A stretch of DNA of 64,000 bases, from positions 8,868,001-8,932,000 of the forward strand of contig CM075991.1 in assembly GCA_038087875.1 (NCBI GenBank). Direction: 5' to 3'. Every line of letters starts with the position of its first letter. Position 1 is the stretch's first letter. Under the pieces are notes generated by a model. It did no database searches and had not been told where the DNA came from. It saw only the letters and a list, made by a program, of their open reading frames with translations. The position numbers and the translations under genes are program-made. Source of the stretch: Malacoraja senta (Eukaryota). This document shows positions 1 through 12,235 of the stretch, in pieces.

Positions 1-249
1 TCTTCCGGTCGACCGCACAATAAGCATTTCCAAACACGCAGACAGCCCATTTGGAAAAAGTACAGATAGATTTCTCACACCCTGATGCCTGGAGCAAATC
101 CCTGATTGGGTTGTTCCTCCTTCTGACCAACTATTTTCAATTATGGGCACTTTTGCGCTGCAGTCTGTCTAGCCAGCCGCATGTCGTTTTACAGCAAATG
201 GGATGCCTCACTGGTACTCCACATTGGTCTTATTACCATCCTTGTTCTT

Positions 250-520
250 CTTTAGTTCAGTTTAGTTTATTGTCACGTGTACCGAGGTACAGTGAAAAGC
301 TTTTGTTGCGTGCTATCCAATCAGACAATACGTGATTACAATCGAACCACTTACAGCGCGTAGATACATGATAAGGGAATAACATTCAGTGCAAGGCAAA
401 GCCAGCAAATTCCGATCAAGGATAGTCCAAGGGTCATCGAAGAGGTAGATAGTAGATCAGCGCTGCTCTCTGGCTGTGGTAGGATGATTCGGTTGCCTGA
501 TAACAGCTGGGAAGAAACCG
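250..520 (-). mobile_element. Rex1/Babar-type LINE 3' end fragment
   Basis: Minus strand encodes ..FFPAVIRQ.., then a 3' UTR ending TTTTCACTGTACCTCGGTACACGTGACAATAAAC(TAAAC)n; same family at 17490-17775 and 36058-37035. Confidence 0.7.
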
Positions 521-974
521 TCAGGTTTCGGGTCAAAATCTCACCCATTCCTTCTCTCCAGAGATGCTGCCTGTCCCGCTGAGCTACTCCGGCATTTTGT
601 GTCTATCTTCGATTTTAAACCAGCATCTGCAGTTCCTTCCTACACAGGAAGTAATGTCAAGTGGATGATGGGAGAGGATTGGTCGGACATCAGCAACAAG
701 GTGGGGATTGGTGGCGATGAACAGAAAATGAATGAAGGACTCCCATTAACTGAGGTTCTCCAGCTCCGGGCTATTTTGCTCGATCTCAGCCCTCCGGTTA
801 ACAGAAGTGTCTAATATTCTTGTAGACCACATGTGCACAACAGATTACAAAATGGAGCACCTCTTCACTTAACTTCTGCTAGACGCTCATAAGAGTGCAG
901 GGCTTCTGCTCTTATGGGATGATGGTCCTCAAGACCCAAACTTTGGGTCCCTAGTCCAGAAGAAGCTTTGTCTG

Positions 975-1279
975 AGTGGTAATGCTGCTGCCTTACAGCG
1001 CCAGAGACCCGGTTCGATCCTGATTAAGTGTGCTATCCGTACGGATATTTTTATATTTTCCCTGTGACCATGTGGGTTTTCTCCAGGTGCTCCGGTTTCC
1101 TCCCACACTACAAAGACATATAGGTTTGTAGTTTAATTGGCTTTGGTAAAATTGTAAATTGTCCCCAGTGTGTAAGACAGTGCTAGTGGTTGGGGTGATC
1201 ACCGGCTGGCGCGGACCCAATGGGCCGAAGGGCCTGCATCCGCACTGTATCTCTAAAGTATCGAAAGTCGAAAGTCTAA
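975..1279 (+). mobile_element. HE1-like V-SINE
   Basis: tRNA-like head (GGTTCGATCC B box), V-domain (GGGTTTTCTCCAGGTGCTCCGGTTTCCTCCCACA), CR1-type tail GGGCCGAAGGGCCTG..CTGTATCTCTAAA. Confidence 0.85.
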
Positions 1280-1478
1280 TGGGCCTGTCCCACTTAGGCG
1301 ATTTCTTGGGCGACTACAGGCGACTGCCACAAAATTTTCAACATGTTGAAACATTTTCGGCAACAATTTTTGCTGTCGTAGGTTGTCGTAGGTGCTGGCG
1401 TAGGTTGTCGCCAGCTGTCGTAGGTGAGTTCCATTAAAACTAGTCCCTGGAAGTCGCCTAAAGAGTGGTACAGGCCCT
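1280..1478. mobile_element. PIF/Harbinger-type MITE (short subfamily)
   Basis: Terminal inverted repeats (TIRs) TGGGCCTGTCCCACT / AGTGGTACAGGCCCT, flanks TAA/TTA, internal palindrome TTTCAACATGTTGAAA. Confidence 0.75.
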
Positions 1479-1498
1479 TTAAGTCCACAACACAGTTA

Positions 1499-1805
1499 AG
1501 GGCCTGTCCCATTGTACGAGGTAATTCAAGAGCTCTCCCGAGTTTAAAAAAAAATCAAACTCGTAGTAAGTACGTAGAATGTACGTAGCGGCTACGTCGG
1601 AGCTCGTGGATGTCTCGTAGCGGCTCGTAACGCTAACAGCAGGTACTCGGGAAATGCGGTAACTCGTGAATTTTTTTGAACACTGTGAAAAATGTCCACG
1701 AGAGCCCCGAGTACCTACGAACGGCTATTACCGTAATTCTCCGAGTTCGAATCAGGGGAAACTCGGGAGAACTCTTGAATTAGCTCGTACAGTGGGACAG
1801 GCCCT
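1499..1805. mobile_element. PIF/Harbinger-type MITE
   Basis: TIRs AGGGCCTGTCCCATTGTACGAG / CTCGTACAGTGGGACAGGCCCT, TTA duplicated on both sides; reverse-orientation relative at 39547-39865. Confidence 0.85.
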
Positions 1806-2414
1806 TTAAGCTTCATGTTAACACTGTGCCAATATTCTGAAAGTGTTTTTGTTCTCCAGCGTACATATTTCTTACTTTATTCAAGGAAACTTGGAAAACA
1901 TGAGGACAGCCAGCAACTAGAGAAAACTATAACCTATTGAGCTGAAACACATTGAGCATGGTGCACAATGAAATGGTTTAATTTATAATTATGTCAGGAA
2001 ATGAGAGATTTCAGAACAAAACCATTTGTTATTACCTGACATTTCGTAATAATGTTTATTTTATAATCTATGGGCCTTTTCTCTCTGTATCATTTCATGC
2101 ACTCTGTATCCTTGTCAACCTCAGAGTGCGCCAATTAACGTCAACACTGGGCACCTTCGACTCATGAGTCTTAGCCACTTGGGACCTGGATTGAACGGAG
2201 TGTCTCATTAGACGTTAAAAGTTAAGAGCTGTCATGGGGGGAAAGGTCTGTGTGTCACAAGTGGGGCCAAGGCCCTTGAGGCAAAGGGCAACCGCAGAGA
2301 CGAGCTTCACAGAGTTGACACCATCCCTTCCAACTTTGGAAAGCTGAATGTCAGTGCTTTTGGGCTTGGCATTAATTTAGCTCCTGCAAACTGCTCAGAA
2401 CACCAAAACCCTTT

Positions 2415-2712
2415 CAGTGTTTAGTGTAGTTTAGTTTAGAGAAACAGCGCAGAAACAGGCCCTTCGGCCCACCGAGTCTGCGCAGAACAGCGACCCCTGT
2501 GACACGAACACACACTATGCACGAGGGACTATTTACAATTTTTACCGAAGCCAATTAACCTACAAACATGTACGTCTTTGGAGCGTGGGAGGAGGCCCGG
2601 GGAAAAACCATGAGGTCACGGGGAGAACGTACAAACTCTGTACAGACAGCTCCCGTAGCCAGGATCGAACCCGGGTCTCTGGTGCTGTAAGTCTCTACTG
2701 CTGTGCCACTGT
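2415..2712 (-). mobile_element. HE1-like V-SINE
   Basis: Reverse complement of head, V-domain and tail with (CTAAA)n end. Confidence 0.85.
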
Positions 2713-3256
2713 GCGGAGTGCTCAAGAAAAAGAGAAATTTGAGATGCTTTCTGCACCACAGATGCAAGTTTTTCTTTGTCTCTTTGCCTTTTTGCCTTTG
2801 CCTTTGCCTCAATCCTCTTTGCCTTTGGATCTGGAGAATTTTGGCCCCTCTGAAGAACCGGAGTCCCAATTAGTGGAACCTTGGATCAGGGGTTGTGTCC
2901 ATTGTGGGGCCAACTCACTCACATGTAGAGTGAGGAGCCAGGCATCTCTGGAATGGAGAAGGAAGCTTACGGGACATCTACCAGGCCATCTTGGCCGCTT
3001 GGGAGAGGTTTATTCCTTGTAACCATGAGACAGGCATCGCAGGCAATCATTGTTCCCAATTACATTAATCTTACCTTATCCCAGGATATCAATCAATCTC
3101 CCACCTCCAAGGTTCTATCATTTAGCTACACACTAGGTGGAATTCTATCGTCAATTCACCGGGCAACCTGGACATCTTTCCAATGGGGGAGGGAACTCGA
3201 GCACTAGTGAGAATCCATCACTATTTGTGATGAAACAAGCTAACGTTGGTTCATTT

Positions 3257-4135
3257 AGATAGATAGATAGATAGATAGACAGATAAACATTTATTGTGAC
3301 ATACACCAATTGGTGCAGTGACATTTGACTTGCCATGCAGCACACAAATAAAGATTACATCCAAGAATTTAACAACATAAAAACATCCCCCCACAATGGT
3401 TCCCACTGTGGGGGAAGGCAGCAAAGTCCAGTCCCATCCCCAGTTCACCCATAGTCGGGGCCTATTGAGGCCTCTGCAGTCGCCGATACGGCAGCCCGAT
3501 GCCTCAGGCCCTCTCGCCGGATGATGAAGCTCCGGCGTCGGGTGAACACTCTCGGCGGCCCGGAGTGTCTGGAGCGGCCGCCTCCTCCCAGTAGACCACG
3601 GCTCCCGAAGTCCACGAGCCGCGCTGGTCGATGCTCCGACTCTGGTGACCTCGTCGTGAGATCCCAGGCTCCACGGTGTTTGAAGCTCAGCGCCGCCCGC
3701 GGCTGGAAGCTCCGCAGACCGCAGACCGCTGACCGCAGACCGCAGACCGCAGCTCCGCGATGTTGGTGCCGGCTGTCACAGCACTCCGGAGCTTACTGCA
3801 CGGCGACCCGGGTTAGGCATCGCCCACTCCGCGATGGTACTTCAGCGCTGTGCCGCCGCCGAAGCTGAAGTCCTGGCCGGTCCCGGCAGGAAAACGCCGC
3901 TCCAGGCCGCGAGGAAGGGGCGAAGATACGGCTCGGAGAAAAGCCGCATCTCCGACCAGGTAGGGACTGCGAAAATAGTTTCCCCCTTCCCCCCCCCCCC
4001 CCCCAACCCCCCACATAAAAAGACTAAAGACCTCCAAAAACAAACACTTTTAACTAACTAAAAATTAAAAAAGGGTGAAAAAACTAACAGCTGCTGGCAG
4101 GGCAGCCATACTCGACGGCGCCCCAGGTGGCCTCA
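3257..4135 (-). mobile_element. GC-rich non-autonomous retroelement, copy A (Rex/Babar-like tail, (TATC)n end)
   Basis: Shared head GGGGCGCC..ATGGCTGCC, T-rich tract, G-run, GC-rich body, hairpin GCCTTCCCCCACAGTGG..CCATTGTGGGGGG, tail ..GGTGTATGTCACAATAAA. Confidence 0.75.
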
Positions 4136-4190
4136 GTCATGTTGTCCATAAAACCCCAGGGTTATGGTACAAATAGGTCTGGTTCACCAA

Positions 4191-4308
4191 AGATAGACAC
4201 AAAGTGATGGAGCAACTCAGCGGGTCGGGCAGCATCTCAGGAGATAATGGATAGGTGATGTTTCAGGTCGTCAACCGTCTTCAGACGTTGTTCCTTCTTC
4301 AGATATTT
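4191..4308 (-). mobile_element. Penelope-like terminal-repeat fragment
   Basis: AGATAGACAC..CTCAGCGGGTC..GCAGCATCTC..CTTCAGAC, flanked by duplicated TGGTTCACCAA (4180-4190 / 4309-4319). Confidence 0.65.
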
Positions 4309-4660
4309 TGGTTCACCAATGTCCTTCAGAGAGGGGATGAACATTGGTCTGGATTATTTAAGGGCCTGTCCCACTTACGCAACCTTTACGGGCGACTGCC
4401 GGCACCCATGATAGGTCGCCGAAATTTTCAACATGTTGAAAATTCTGCGGCGACCAAGAAGAAGCTACGACTCTTTGGAGACCTCCCACGACCAGAGGAG
4501 ACCTCACACAACCATACAGGCGACCCCTGGCGACACGCCAGGGGTCGCCTGTATGGTTGTGAGAGGTCTCCTATGGTCGTATGGTCGTGAGAGGTCACCT
4601 ATGGCCTGTATGGTCGTGAGAGCCTGTATGGTCACGAGAGGGCTCCTGTGGTGGTGAGAG

Positions 4661-4856
4661 ATGGTCACCGCAGGAGGATGAATATATTATAGATAAAAAT
4701 GTTAATATTTTAATTTGATAATTTTGTTTAAGTGTTTTTTAAATTGTGTGAGCTTTCTACTCTCCCTTGTAAATTGTAAATTTGTTTAAAAATCTAATAA
4801 AAAAAACATTTAGAGGAAAAAAAAAAAAATATATATATATATATATTTTTTTTAAA
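4661..4856 (+). mobile_element. poly(A) retro-insertion (L1-like 3' UTR)
   Basis: AT-rich, AATAAA then A-run/(AT)n, TSD TGGTGGTGAGAG (4649-4660 / 4857-4868). Confidence 0.65.
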
Positions 4857-4965
4857 TGGTGGTGAGAGGTCTCCAAAGAGTCGTAGCGTCTTTCTGGTCG
4901 CTGCTGAATTTTCAACATGTTGAAAATTTCGGCGACCTATCACGGGTGCCGGCAGTCGCCTGTAT

Positions 4966-5798
4966 GGCGGATGTGCAGGAGTGGGCGCCGTTTGTATGGC
5001 AGCCTGCCTGCAGTCCGTCGTCTAACTCTTTTATTGTTTGAATATTTTTTATTTTTTTATTATTTGGAGTCTATTCTTTCTATGTGGGGGGGGGGGAACT
5101 GTTTTAACCCCAGTCCTACCTGGTCGGAGATGCGGTTTTCCTCCGAATCGCGTCTCCGGTCTCCCCATGCGGCCTTCCATCGGGCTGGAGCGGCGTTTCC
5201 TGCCGGGGACCACAGCTTCGGCGGCACAGCGCTGGGACATCAGCAGGGAGCGGGCGATGCCTTGTCGGGTCGCCGCTCCGGAGTGCTGTGACCGCCGACC
5301 ACCAACATCGAGCAGCCGTGGTCTGCGGTCTGCGGTTTGAGGGCATCCCGCCACGGGCGGGCGGCGCTGGATCAAAAACACCGCGGAGTCGAAGCTCCAA
5401 CCGGCGCGGCCTGAAGTCCGCGGGCGTCGCAGTCTCCGGGGAAGGAGCGGCCGCTCCAGACATTTCCAAGCTGCTGAGGACTTTTCCACCCGATGCGGGT
5501 GGGCAAACAACATCGGGCTGGCGTTGTGGCGACTGGCTGCAGTGGCCTCAGACTGGCACCGACCTCGGGTGGACTAGGAGGAGGAGGAGGACTGGACATT
5601 TTAGTGCCTTCCCTCACAGTGGAGAGTGTAGATTCTACTGTGGGGGGATGTTCGTGTTTGTGTAAAATTTCTTATAGTGTGTTGTCATTTTTTCTATCTC
5701 TTTTTATCATTTGTTTGGTTAGTAACTGTAAAGCACTTTGGCTTTTGAGTTAAATCGATTGGAAAATGTGCTATATAAATAAACTTATTATTATTATT
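4966..5798 (+). mobile_element. GC-rich non-autonomous retroelement, copy B (L2-type tail)
   Basis: Same head and hairpin as copy A; tail TGTAAAGCACTTTG..GTGCTATATAAATAAAC(TTA)n resembles the L2 end at 56585-56646. Confidence 0.75.
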
Positions 5799-5844
5799 AA
5801 GTGGGACAGGCCCTTTGCCGGCTCTAGACTGACTTGACAACGTG

Positions 5845-6069
5845 TGTAGGAAGGAACTGCCGATTCTGGTTCAAACCGAAGATGGACACAAAATGCTGGA
5901 GTGACTCAGCGGGACAGGCAGCGTCTCTGGAGAGAAGGGATGGATGACGTTTCAGGTCGAGACCCTTCCCCAGTCTGAAGAAGGGTCTCGACTCGAAACG
6001 TCACCCATTCCTTCTCTCCAGAGATGCTGCCTGTCCCGCTGAGTTACTCCAGCATTCCGTGCCCATCTT
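5845..6069. mobile_element. Penelope-derived fold-back (palindromic) insertion
   Basis: Two inverted arms of about 95 bp around CAGTCTGAAG; imperfect TSD TGACTTGACAACGTG / TGACTTGAAAAAGTG. Confidence 0.75.
5973..6006 (+). ncRNA. minimal hammerhead ribozyme motif of a Penelope-like terminal repeat
   Basis: GT-CTGAAGA-A-GGGTC TC GACTC-GAAA-C-GTC-AC, i.e. CUGANGA, stem II, GAAA, GUC. Similar cores at 22019, 40901, 46343, 59945, 60528 (+) and about 15555, 34190, 51150 (-). Confidence 0.65.
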
Positions 6070-6633
6070 TGACTTGAAAAAGTGCTTGACTCTTCATTCC
6101 CAGCTGTATGGTTCTGTGACTCACCATCACCTCCTCAAGGGCACCAATGAAAGGGTAATAAATGGCGGCTATCTGCCCCCCCCCCCCCCCCCGCCATTAA
6201 AATCCAGTCATTGAAACAAAAAAGTCTTCTCATTTCAGCTTTGATGGGGGTCCTTCCCTTAGGGATTGGCCTTTTACCCAAATTATGCCATATAAATTTG
6301 AAAGAAGATGAAATAATTTTGACAAAAAGCTGCAGGTTCTTTCTCCCTGAGTTTTTTTTTTTGCAGAAATATTAGAACATAAATAAAACATCAGCTAACT
6401 TAGTTAAATAATTCACCAAACCTATTTTATTTTGGATCGCTCACGGTGCTGTCACTCTGTAAATAAAAGATGTAGCTTTTGACAATGTCACATTGCAAGT
6501 GTGACTCTGGCCTTTCACTCGAGTGCTGTGTGTGGGATGTGATGCAGAGTTGCGCAATCTGCCTCTTTGGTTGCCGCTGACACACGCGGTCACTTTAGTA
6601 ATCGAGAGCGGGACCTCGTTACCTGCTCCCGCG

Positions 6634-6872
6634 TTTAGTGCAGTTTAGAGATACAGCGCGGAAACAGTGCCCTTTGGCCGACTGAGTCCGCGCCCACCAG
6701 CGATCCCCACACACTAACACTGCGGGCACGGTGGCGCAGCGGTAGACTTGTCTGCCTTACGGAGACCCGGGTTCGATCCCGACTACGGGTGCTGTCTGTA
6801 CGGAGTTTGTACGTTCTCCCCGTGACCTGCGTGGGTTTCCTCCGAGATCTTCGGTTTCCTCCCACACTCCAA
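6634..6872. mobile_element. two partial HE1-like SINEs, head-to-head (tail on -, head on +)
   Basis: 6634-6722 is a reverse tail; 6724-6872 is head plus V-domain. Confidence 0.75.
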
Positions 6873-6889
6873 ATGACTATCCACGCAAT

Positions 6890-7190
6890 CCACATTGGGA
6901 TAGCCCCTGCCTCAACTACCTCCCTGGACAACTTGTTCCATACACCCACCATCCTTTGTGAGAAAAAGTTATCTCTCAGTTTCCTATTAAATCTTTTCCC
7001 CTTCAACTTAAACCTGCATCCCCTGGTCCTCGATTCACCTACTGTTGCCAAGGGTGTCTGTGCCTCTAGCTGATCTATTCCTCTTATGATTTTATATACC
7101 TCTACAAGATAACTCCCTCATTCTCATGCTCTCCAAGGTATAGAGTCATCCTCCCCCTATAGCTCAGACCCTCTAGCCCTGGCAACATCT
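6890..7190 (-). mobile_element. CR1 LINE 3' fragment
   Basis: Minus strand reads ..ESRTRGCRFKLKGKRFNRKLRDNFFSQRMVGVWNKL.., a CR1 ORF2 C-terminus. Confidence 0.8.
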
Positions 7191-7964
7191 GCTCAAATAA
7201 ATAAAAAAACACATTCTCAAGGGCAACTAGCAATGGGCTAGCAAATGCTGGCTGGGCCTTTGAAGCCTACTTTCCTTGAATGAATTATATTAAAAAAAGA
7301 AAGTCATCGGTCTGGGTTATATTTTCCGTTTCTAAAGAAGAAATAAACCTCACATCCTTTATCCAGCAGAGTGTGTGCTGAAATGTCCACATGGATTCTC
7401 TGCTAACACAATTCAGTTCCTCATTGTTCGCATTTCTGGATTATTATCATCATCTGGGGTCGGGGAAAGGGTCGGATAGAATCAAAAGCATCGCGTGCCT
7501 CAAAGCCGAGGCAGTTTCTCCTCATGCCTTATGCAGCCTTTCCATTTATAAACACCGTCCGGAGAGATAAGAATAAGAACAGAGACAGAATCCATCGCCG
7601 TTACTAAAATTCGCAGGCTCGTTGCAATTATCGTATGTCATTTTGAAGACTATATTCAGCGCTCCCATGACACTCTAATAGCAATGATCTTAGACTAACA
7701 AAGAAAAGCCCTGGTGTGGGATGGAGAAGAAATGCTTGTTATTCCACCCTGCGCCTTCCATTCTTTGTCAAGAAAGACATGCGTTTACTTGCAGCCTTTA
7801 GCAATTGCAGGGGCACGACAAAGTACACTGCAGTCTGCAAATGATAGTGGTGAGGGCCATATCATCAGACCCAACATTTTACAGAGGCTTTACTGTTGGA
7901 GATACTAACCTGCCAGAGAGAAGGTTTCCTCAGCAGGACATGGCAGACCTGAAGTGATTAATTG

Positions 7965-8272
7965 TCTGGGAAAGAACAGCAGATGCTGGTTTAAATCGAA
8001 GGTGACACAAAATGCTGGCGTACCTCAGCGGGACAGGCAGCATCTCTGGAGAGAAGGAATGGGTGACGTTTCTCTCCAGAGATGCTGCCTGTCCCGCTGA
8101 GTTACGCCAGCATTTTGTGTCTATCTAAGGGCAATAGAAGATTCAGCTTGTGTAGGAAACAAATGCAGATGCTGGTTTAAATCGAAGATAGGAGAAAGGT
8201 CTCGACCCGAAACGTCACCCATTCCTTCTCTCCAGAGATGCTGCCTGTCCCGCTGAGTTACGCCAGCATTTT
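7965..8272. mobile_element. tandem pair of Penelope-derived fold-back units
   Basis: Two units inside one TSD GTGATTAATTG (7954-7964 / 8273-8283). Confidence 0.7.
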
Positions 8273-8304
8273 GTGATTAATTGACTGATTGATTGTATCG
8301 TTGA

Positions 8305-8560
8305 CTTTGGTTGAGATACAGCGCGGAAACAGGCCCTTCGGTCCTCCGAGTCCCCGCACACTAGCACTGTCCTTCTCACCAGGGACAATTCACAATCTTT
8401 ACTAAAGCCAATGAACCCTAAATCCTGTACGTCTGGAGTGTGGGAGGAATCCGGAGCACCCGGGGAAAACCCACGCGGTCACGGGGAGAACGTGCAAACT
8501 CCGTACAGACAGCACCCGTGGTCAGGAACAAACCAGGGTATCTACCGCTGTGTCGCCCCT
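8305..8560 (-). mobile_element. HE1-like V-SINE
   Basis: V-domain and tail in reverse orientation. Confidence 0.8.
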
Positions 8561-8707
8561 TGATTGATTGATTGACTTTAAAAGTAATTCTTACAAAATA
8601 CTTGCTAATGTGTTTAAAAGTATACAAAACCATTTTGTACACGGACGTATACGGAGCCTACTTTTAATACTTAAATATTTTAAATCTAAATAAATCTAAA
8701 TATTTAA

Positions 8708-9250
8708 TGGTGGCACAGTAGTGCAGCGGTAGAGTTGCTGCCTTATACAGTAGCGCTTACTATAAGGTAAGATCCTGACTAAGGTGCTTGTCCGTGCGGA
8801 GTTTGTACGTTCTCCCCGTGACCGCGTGGGTTTTCTCCGAGATCTTCGGTTTCCTCCCACACTCCAAAGACGTGCAGGTACAGCTTTGTAGGTTCATTGG
8901 CTTTGGTATAAATGTAAATTGTCCCTAGTGTGTGTAGGGTAGTGTTAATGTGCGAGGATCGCTGGTCGGCGCGGACTCGGTGGGCCGAAGGGCCTGTTTC
9001 CGCGCGGTGTCTCTAAACTTAACTTTTTTTTTTTTTTTTTAAGAAGAAAAAGAAAAAAGTTAGATAATGAAAAATAGAAAAATGTGAGATATATAGTGTG
9101 TGAAAAAGAAAAATAAAGAATGAAAAAAGAAAGTTGAGACATAGAAAATAGAAGAAAGAGAATAAAAGAAGAGAAGAGAAGAAAAGAAAATAGAAGGAGA
9201 TCATTTATAATCTTGACCATCCGCAGTCTCTAAACTACACTGAACTAAAT
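8708..9250 (+). mobile_element. HE1-like V-SINE, tail interrupted by an L1 fragment
   Basis: Head GGTGGCACAGTAGTGCAGCGGTAGAG, V-domain, tail; insertion at 9020-9225. Confidence 0.8.
9020..9225 (-). mobile_element. L1 3' UTR fragment (prematurely polyadenylated)
   Basis: Matches L1 UTRs at 27514, 36459 and 47522; poly(T) 9024-9040; TSD GTCTCTAAACT (9009-9019 / 9226-9236). Confidence 0.75.
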
Positions 9251-10082
9251 TTGATGATCAATGGATTCCACCTTTACTGCTGGATCAGGATCGTTGCTGC
9301 TTACTCGGAGTCAACATAATTCTTCGCCAATCTGTTCGACCAGCAAGCTGCTGCTTGAGAATTGGAGGCTCCATGGGGATCAAATTGGATAGGGTTGCGG
9401 AGACTGGCTGATTGGTCATTATCATGATCTCTGTGTGCTAACCACACTGTTCATTAGATACATCAGCAGTGATTCCAAAATCATTAGTTGCTGCCACTAC
9501 TGAAAGCCAGCTTGCAACTCGTGTGAGAAAGTGCACCAGGGCTTCTACACGGGCTGTCGTCAAACTGAGTGGTGTTGACACAAAATGTTGGAGCAACTCA
9601 GCGGGCCAGGCGGCATCTCTGGAGAGAAGGAATAGGTGACGTTTAGACTGAAGTAGGACTGACGAAGACTGAATCTGAAGGAGGGTCTCAAGGGACAAGG
9701 TTAATTGGCTTCAGTAAAATTGTAAATTGTTCCTGGTGTGTAGGACGGTGCTACTGTGTGGGGTGATCATGGGTCGGCGTGGACTCAGTGGGTCAAAAGT
9801 GCATTGTATCACTAAAGGTTAACGTCTAAAGACCAGACAGTGGAGCCTCAGAAAAAAAGGAGCCGTTTCTTTAGCCAGAGAGTGGTGAACCTATGCCATA
9901 GATGGCTGTAATGACCAAGTCATTGGGTATTTTTAAAGTGGAGATTGTTTAATAAGTGTGTCAAAGATTGTCAAAAAACAGGAGAATGGAGTTGACAAGG
10001 AAAAATAGATCAGCCATGATTGAATGGCAGAGCAGATTCGATGGGCCGAATGGTTTCATTCTGCTCCTATGATTTTTTAAAT

Positions 10083-10360
10083 TTTAGTTTTAGAGATACA
10101 GGGTGGAAAGAGGCCCTTCGGCCCACCGACTCCGTGCCGACCTGCGATCCCTGCACACTAACACTATCCTACACACATTAGAGACAAGTTACAATTATAC
10201 TCAGCCAATTAACCCACAAAAGTGTGGGAGGAAACCAGAGATGTCGGGGAAAACCCACGCGGGTCACAAGGAGAACGTACAAACACCGTACAGACAAGCA
10301 CCTGTAGTCAGGATCGAACCCGCGTCTCTGGGGCTGTACGGCAGCGTGCCAACTGTGCCT
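10083..10360 (-). mobile_element. HE1-like V-SINE
   Basis: Reverse head and tail, partial V-domain. Confidence 0.8.
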
Positions 10361-11767
10361 TATGATCTTATGAGGGGGATGGATTTCTTTCCCTGAAGGA
10401 CAGGAACAAACCAGACATCTAATAACAATAATCTAGCACCATTATGTATAACACCACAGTTTATAATTTAAATTACTCCAGACCCGAGGTGAGATTTGAA
10501 CCCAGATACCTGGAACAATTATAGGATTTGTATTGCAGCGTTTAATATCTTCATTAATTTCTCTTGTTGTGCCTTAGCAATTACACAATGCTTGTCTATG
10601 CTCCTGTGAAGCATTTTTGCAAAGTTTGTGCTATATTAACAGTGCTCAGCAAATATAACTTGTTTTTGAATGAACAGGGCAATGAGGATGGCCGTTCCCT
10701 GATGCATCGACATGTTTAAATGGTGAAAAGTGGGGGGTAGTGAGGTGTTGAGGGAAGAAGGGTCCCTTGCAGCCATAAACATAATATACAATCTACATCT
10801 TTATTTAACAATCATTAAACTCATTTCACACTGCTGTAGCTGAGATCGCTCCTTCCTCAATACCAACCATTCCCAAGTGGCTATCATTAACCTTCTTAAA
10901 TTCAACTCACACTGGAATCGCCTAATGCCATTGTGACCGAGAACAACTCATTTTGGCTGCTTACTAAATTGCTTTCCTTGTTATGTTTGAAAAAAAAATA
11001 AATCCATGAAGAGGATCATGAATAATTCAGATTCAGAAGCGACAGAGAGTGGCTCTGACATTAAATATTTGTGGTGGGCTAACATTTCATGAGGAGAAAA
11101 ATCAAACTCGAATTTGAAAGGATAAACCCATTTTATATTCAGGTTGATGAGTACCCTCTTTGTTGAAAGTTGTTTGTCTTCCCTTCGTCCCTTCTCCCAC
11201 CACTGAGGCCATTACTCATACGGGACCATTAAGTACTTTCTCCGGGGGGGAATTATCTCCCTCTGTGGGGGGGAAGACCACAGTCTAGGGTCCTTCCGCT
11301 GCTGGATGTCAAGGGGCAGAGGCAAGAGTGTTTTACCAGTGTATGTCCCAGATAGAACAATGAAATTCTTACTTGCAGCAGCATATATGTAAACATAGTA
11401 CACTGTAAACTAATATAAACTAATGAGAAAAAAACATTTCAGTTTGTGTATATATACACACACAGACACACACACACGTATATATATATACACATGCACA
11501 CATCTGTAAACGAGAGAAAAAAAAGTATACACACATACTCACAAATACACCTATATATATATATATATATGGACATGATGGGCCAAATGGCCTAATTCTA
11601 CTCCTATTACTATTTCTTGGGCTGGCCTGAAACGTCGCCTGTCCATTCCTTCACGGATGCTGCCTGAACCTCCGAGATCTTCCAGTACTTTGTATTTCAC
11701 TCAAAATTCCAGCATCTGCAGTTCCTTGTGGCCTCCTCTATGTTGGTGAAACCAAGCATAGATTACG

Positions 11768-12070
11768 TCATAAGCTCATAAGGAATAGGAGTAGAATTAG
11801 GTTCATTCGGCCCATCTACTGCGCCATTCAATCATGGCTGATCTATCTCTCCCTCCCAACCCCATTCTCCTGCCTTCCCCCCATAGCCTCTAATCAAGAA
11901 TCTATCTATCTCTGCCTTAAAAATATCCATTGACTTGGCCTCCACAGCTGTCTGTGGCAAAGAATTCCACAGATTCACCACCCTCTGACTAAAGAAATTC
12001 CTCCTCATCTCCTTCGTAAAAGAACATCCTTGAATTCTGAGGCTATGACCTCTCCCATGAATGGAAACAT
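11768..12070 (-). mobile_element. CR1 LINE 3' end
   Basis: RGHSLRIQG..EMRRNFFSQRVVNLWNSLPQTAVEA motif plus CR1 3' UTR. Confidence 0.85.
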
Positions 12071-12235
12071 TAGGTCCCTGTTTTGTGGAGTCCCTACAAT
12101 CTTTGTGCAATGGCCATGTTGAATTCCAATTGCACATCACTTTAACGCTCCTTCCCACCCCATACTAACCTGTCGGTCTTTGCCCTCGTCCATTGCTATG
12201 GTGAAGCCAAAAACAAATTGACCGAACGTCAATTT

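Larger units (their letters stand above)
4361..5814. mobile_element. Harbinger-type MITE with long TIRs, carrying two nested retro-insertions
   Basis: Left TIR AGGGCCTGTCCCACTTA after TTA. The right arm resumes at 4857-4963 and ends TAAGTGGGACAGGCCCT. An uninterrupted relative lies at 55052-55432. Confidence 0.8.

Noticed and set aside
4495..4660. CRISPR-like repeat-spacer pattern (GTATGGTCGTGAGAGG repeats; also 42270-42380)
   Set aside because: Degenerate tandem repeats without unique spacers, inside a MITE or minisatellite in a vertebrate context with no cas genes.
3521..5753. Overlapping Arg/Pro/Gly-rich ORFs in GC-rich elements (also 13424-14262, 24202-24789, 43981-44615, 45326-46144)
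   Set aside because: Open in several frames on both strands because of GC content; no frame is conserved between copies and no domain is recognisable.
6724..6790. tRNA genes at SINE heads (GGTGGCGCAGCGGTAG..GGTTCGATCC)
   Set aside because: These are tRNA-derived SINE heads that continue into the V-domain and lack a proper acceptor stem.
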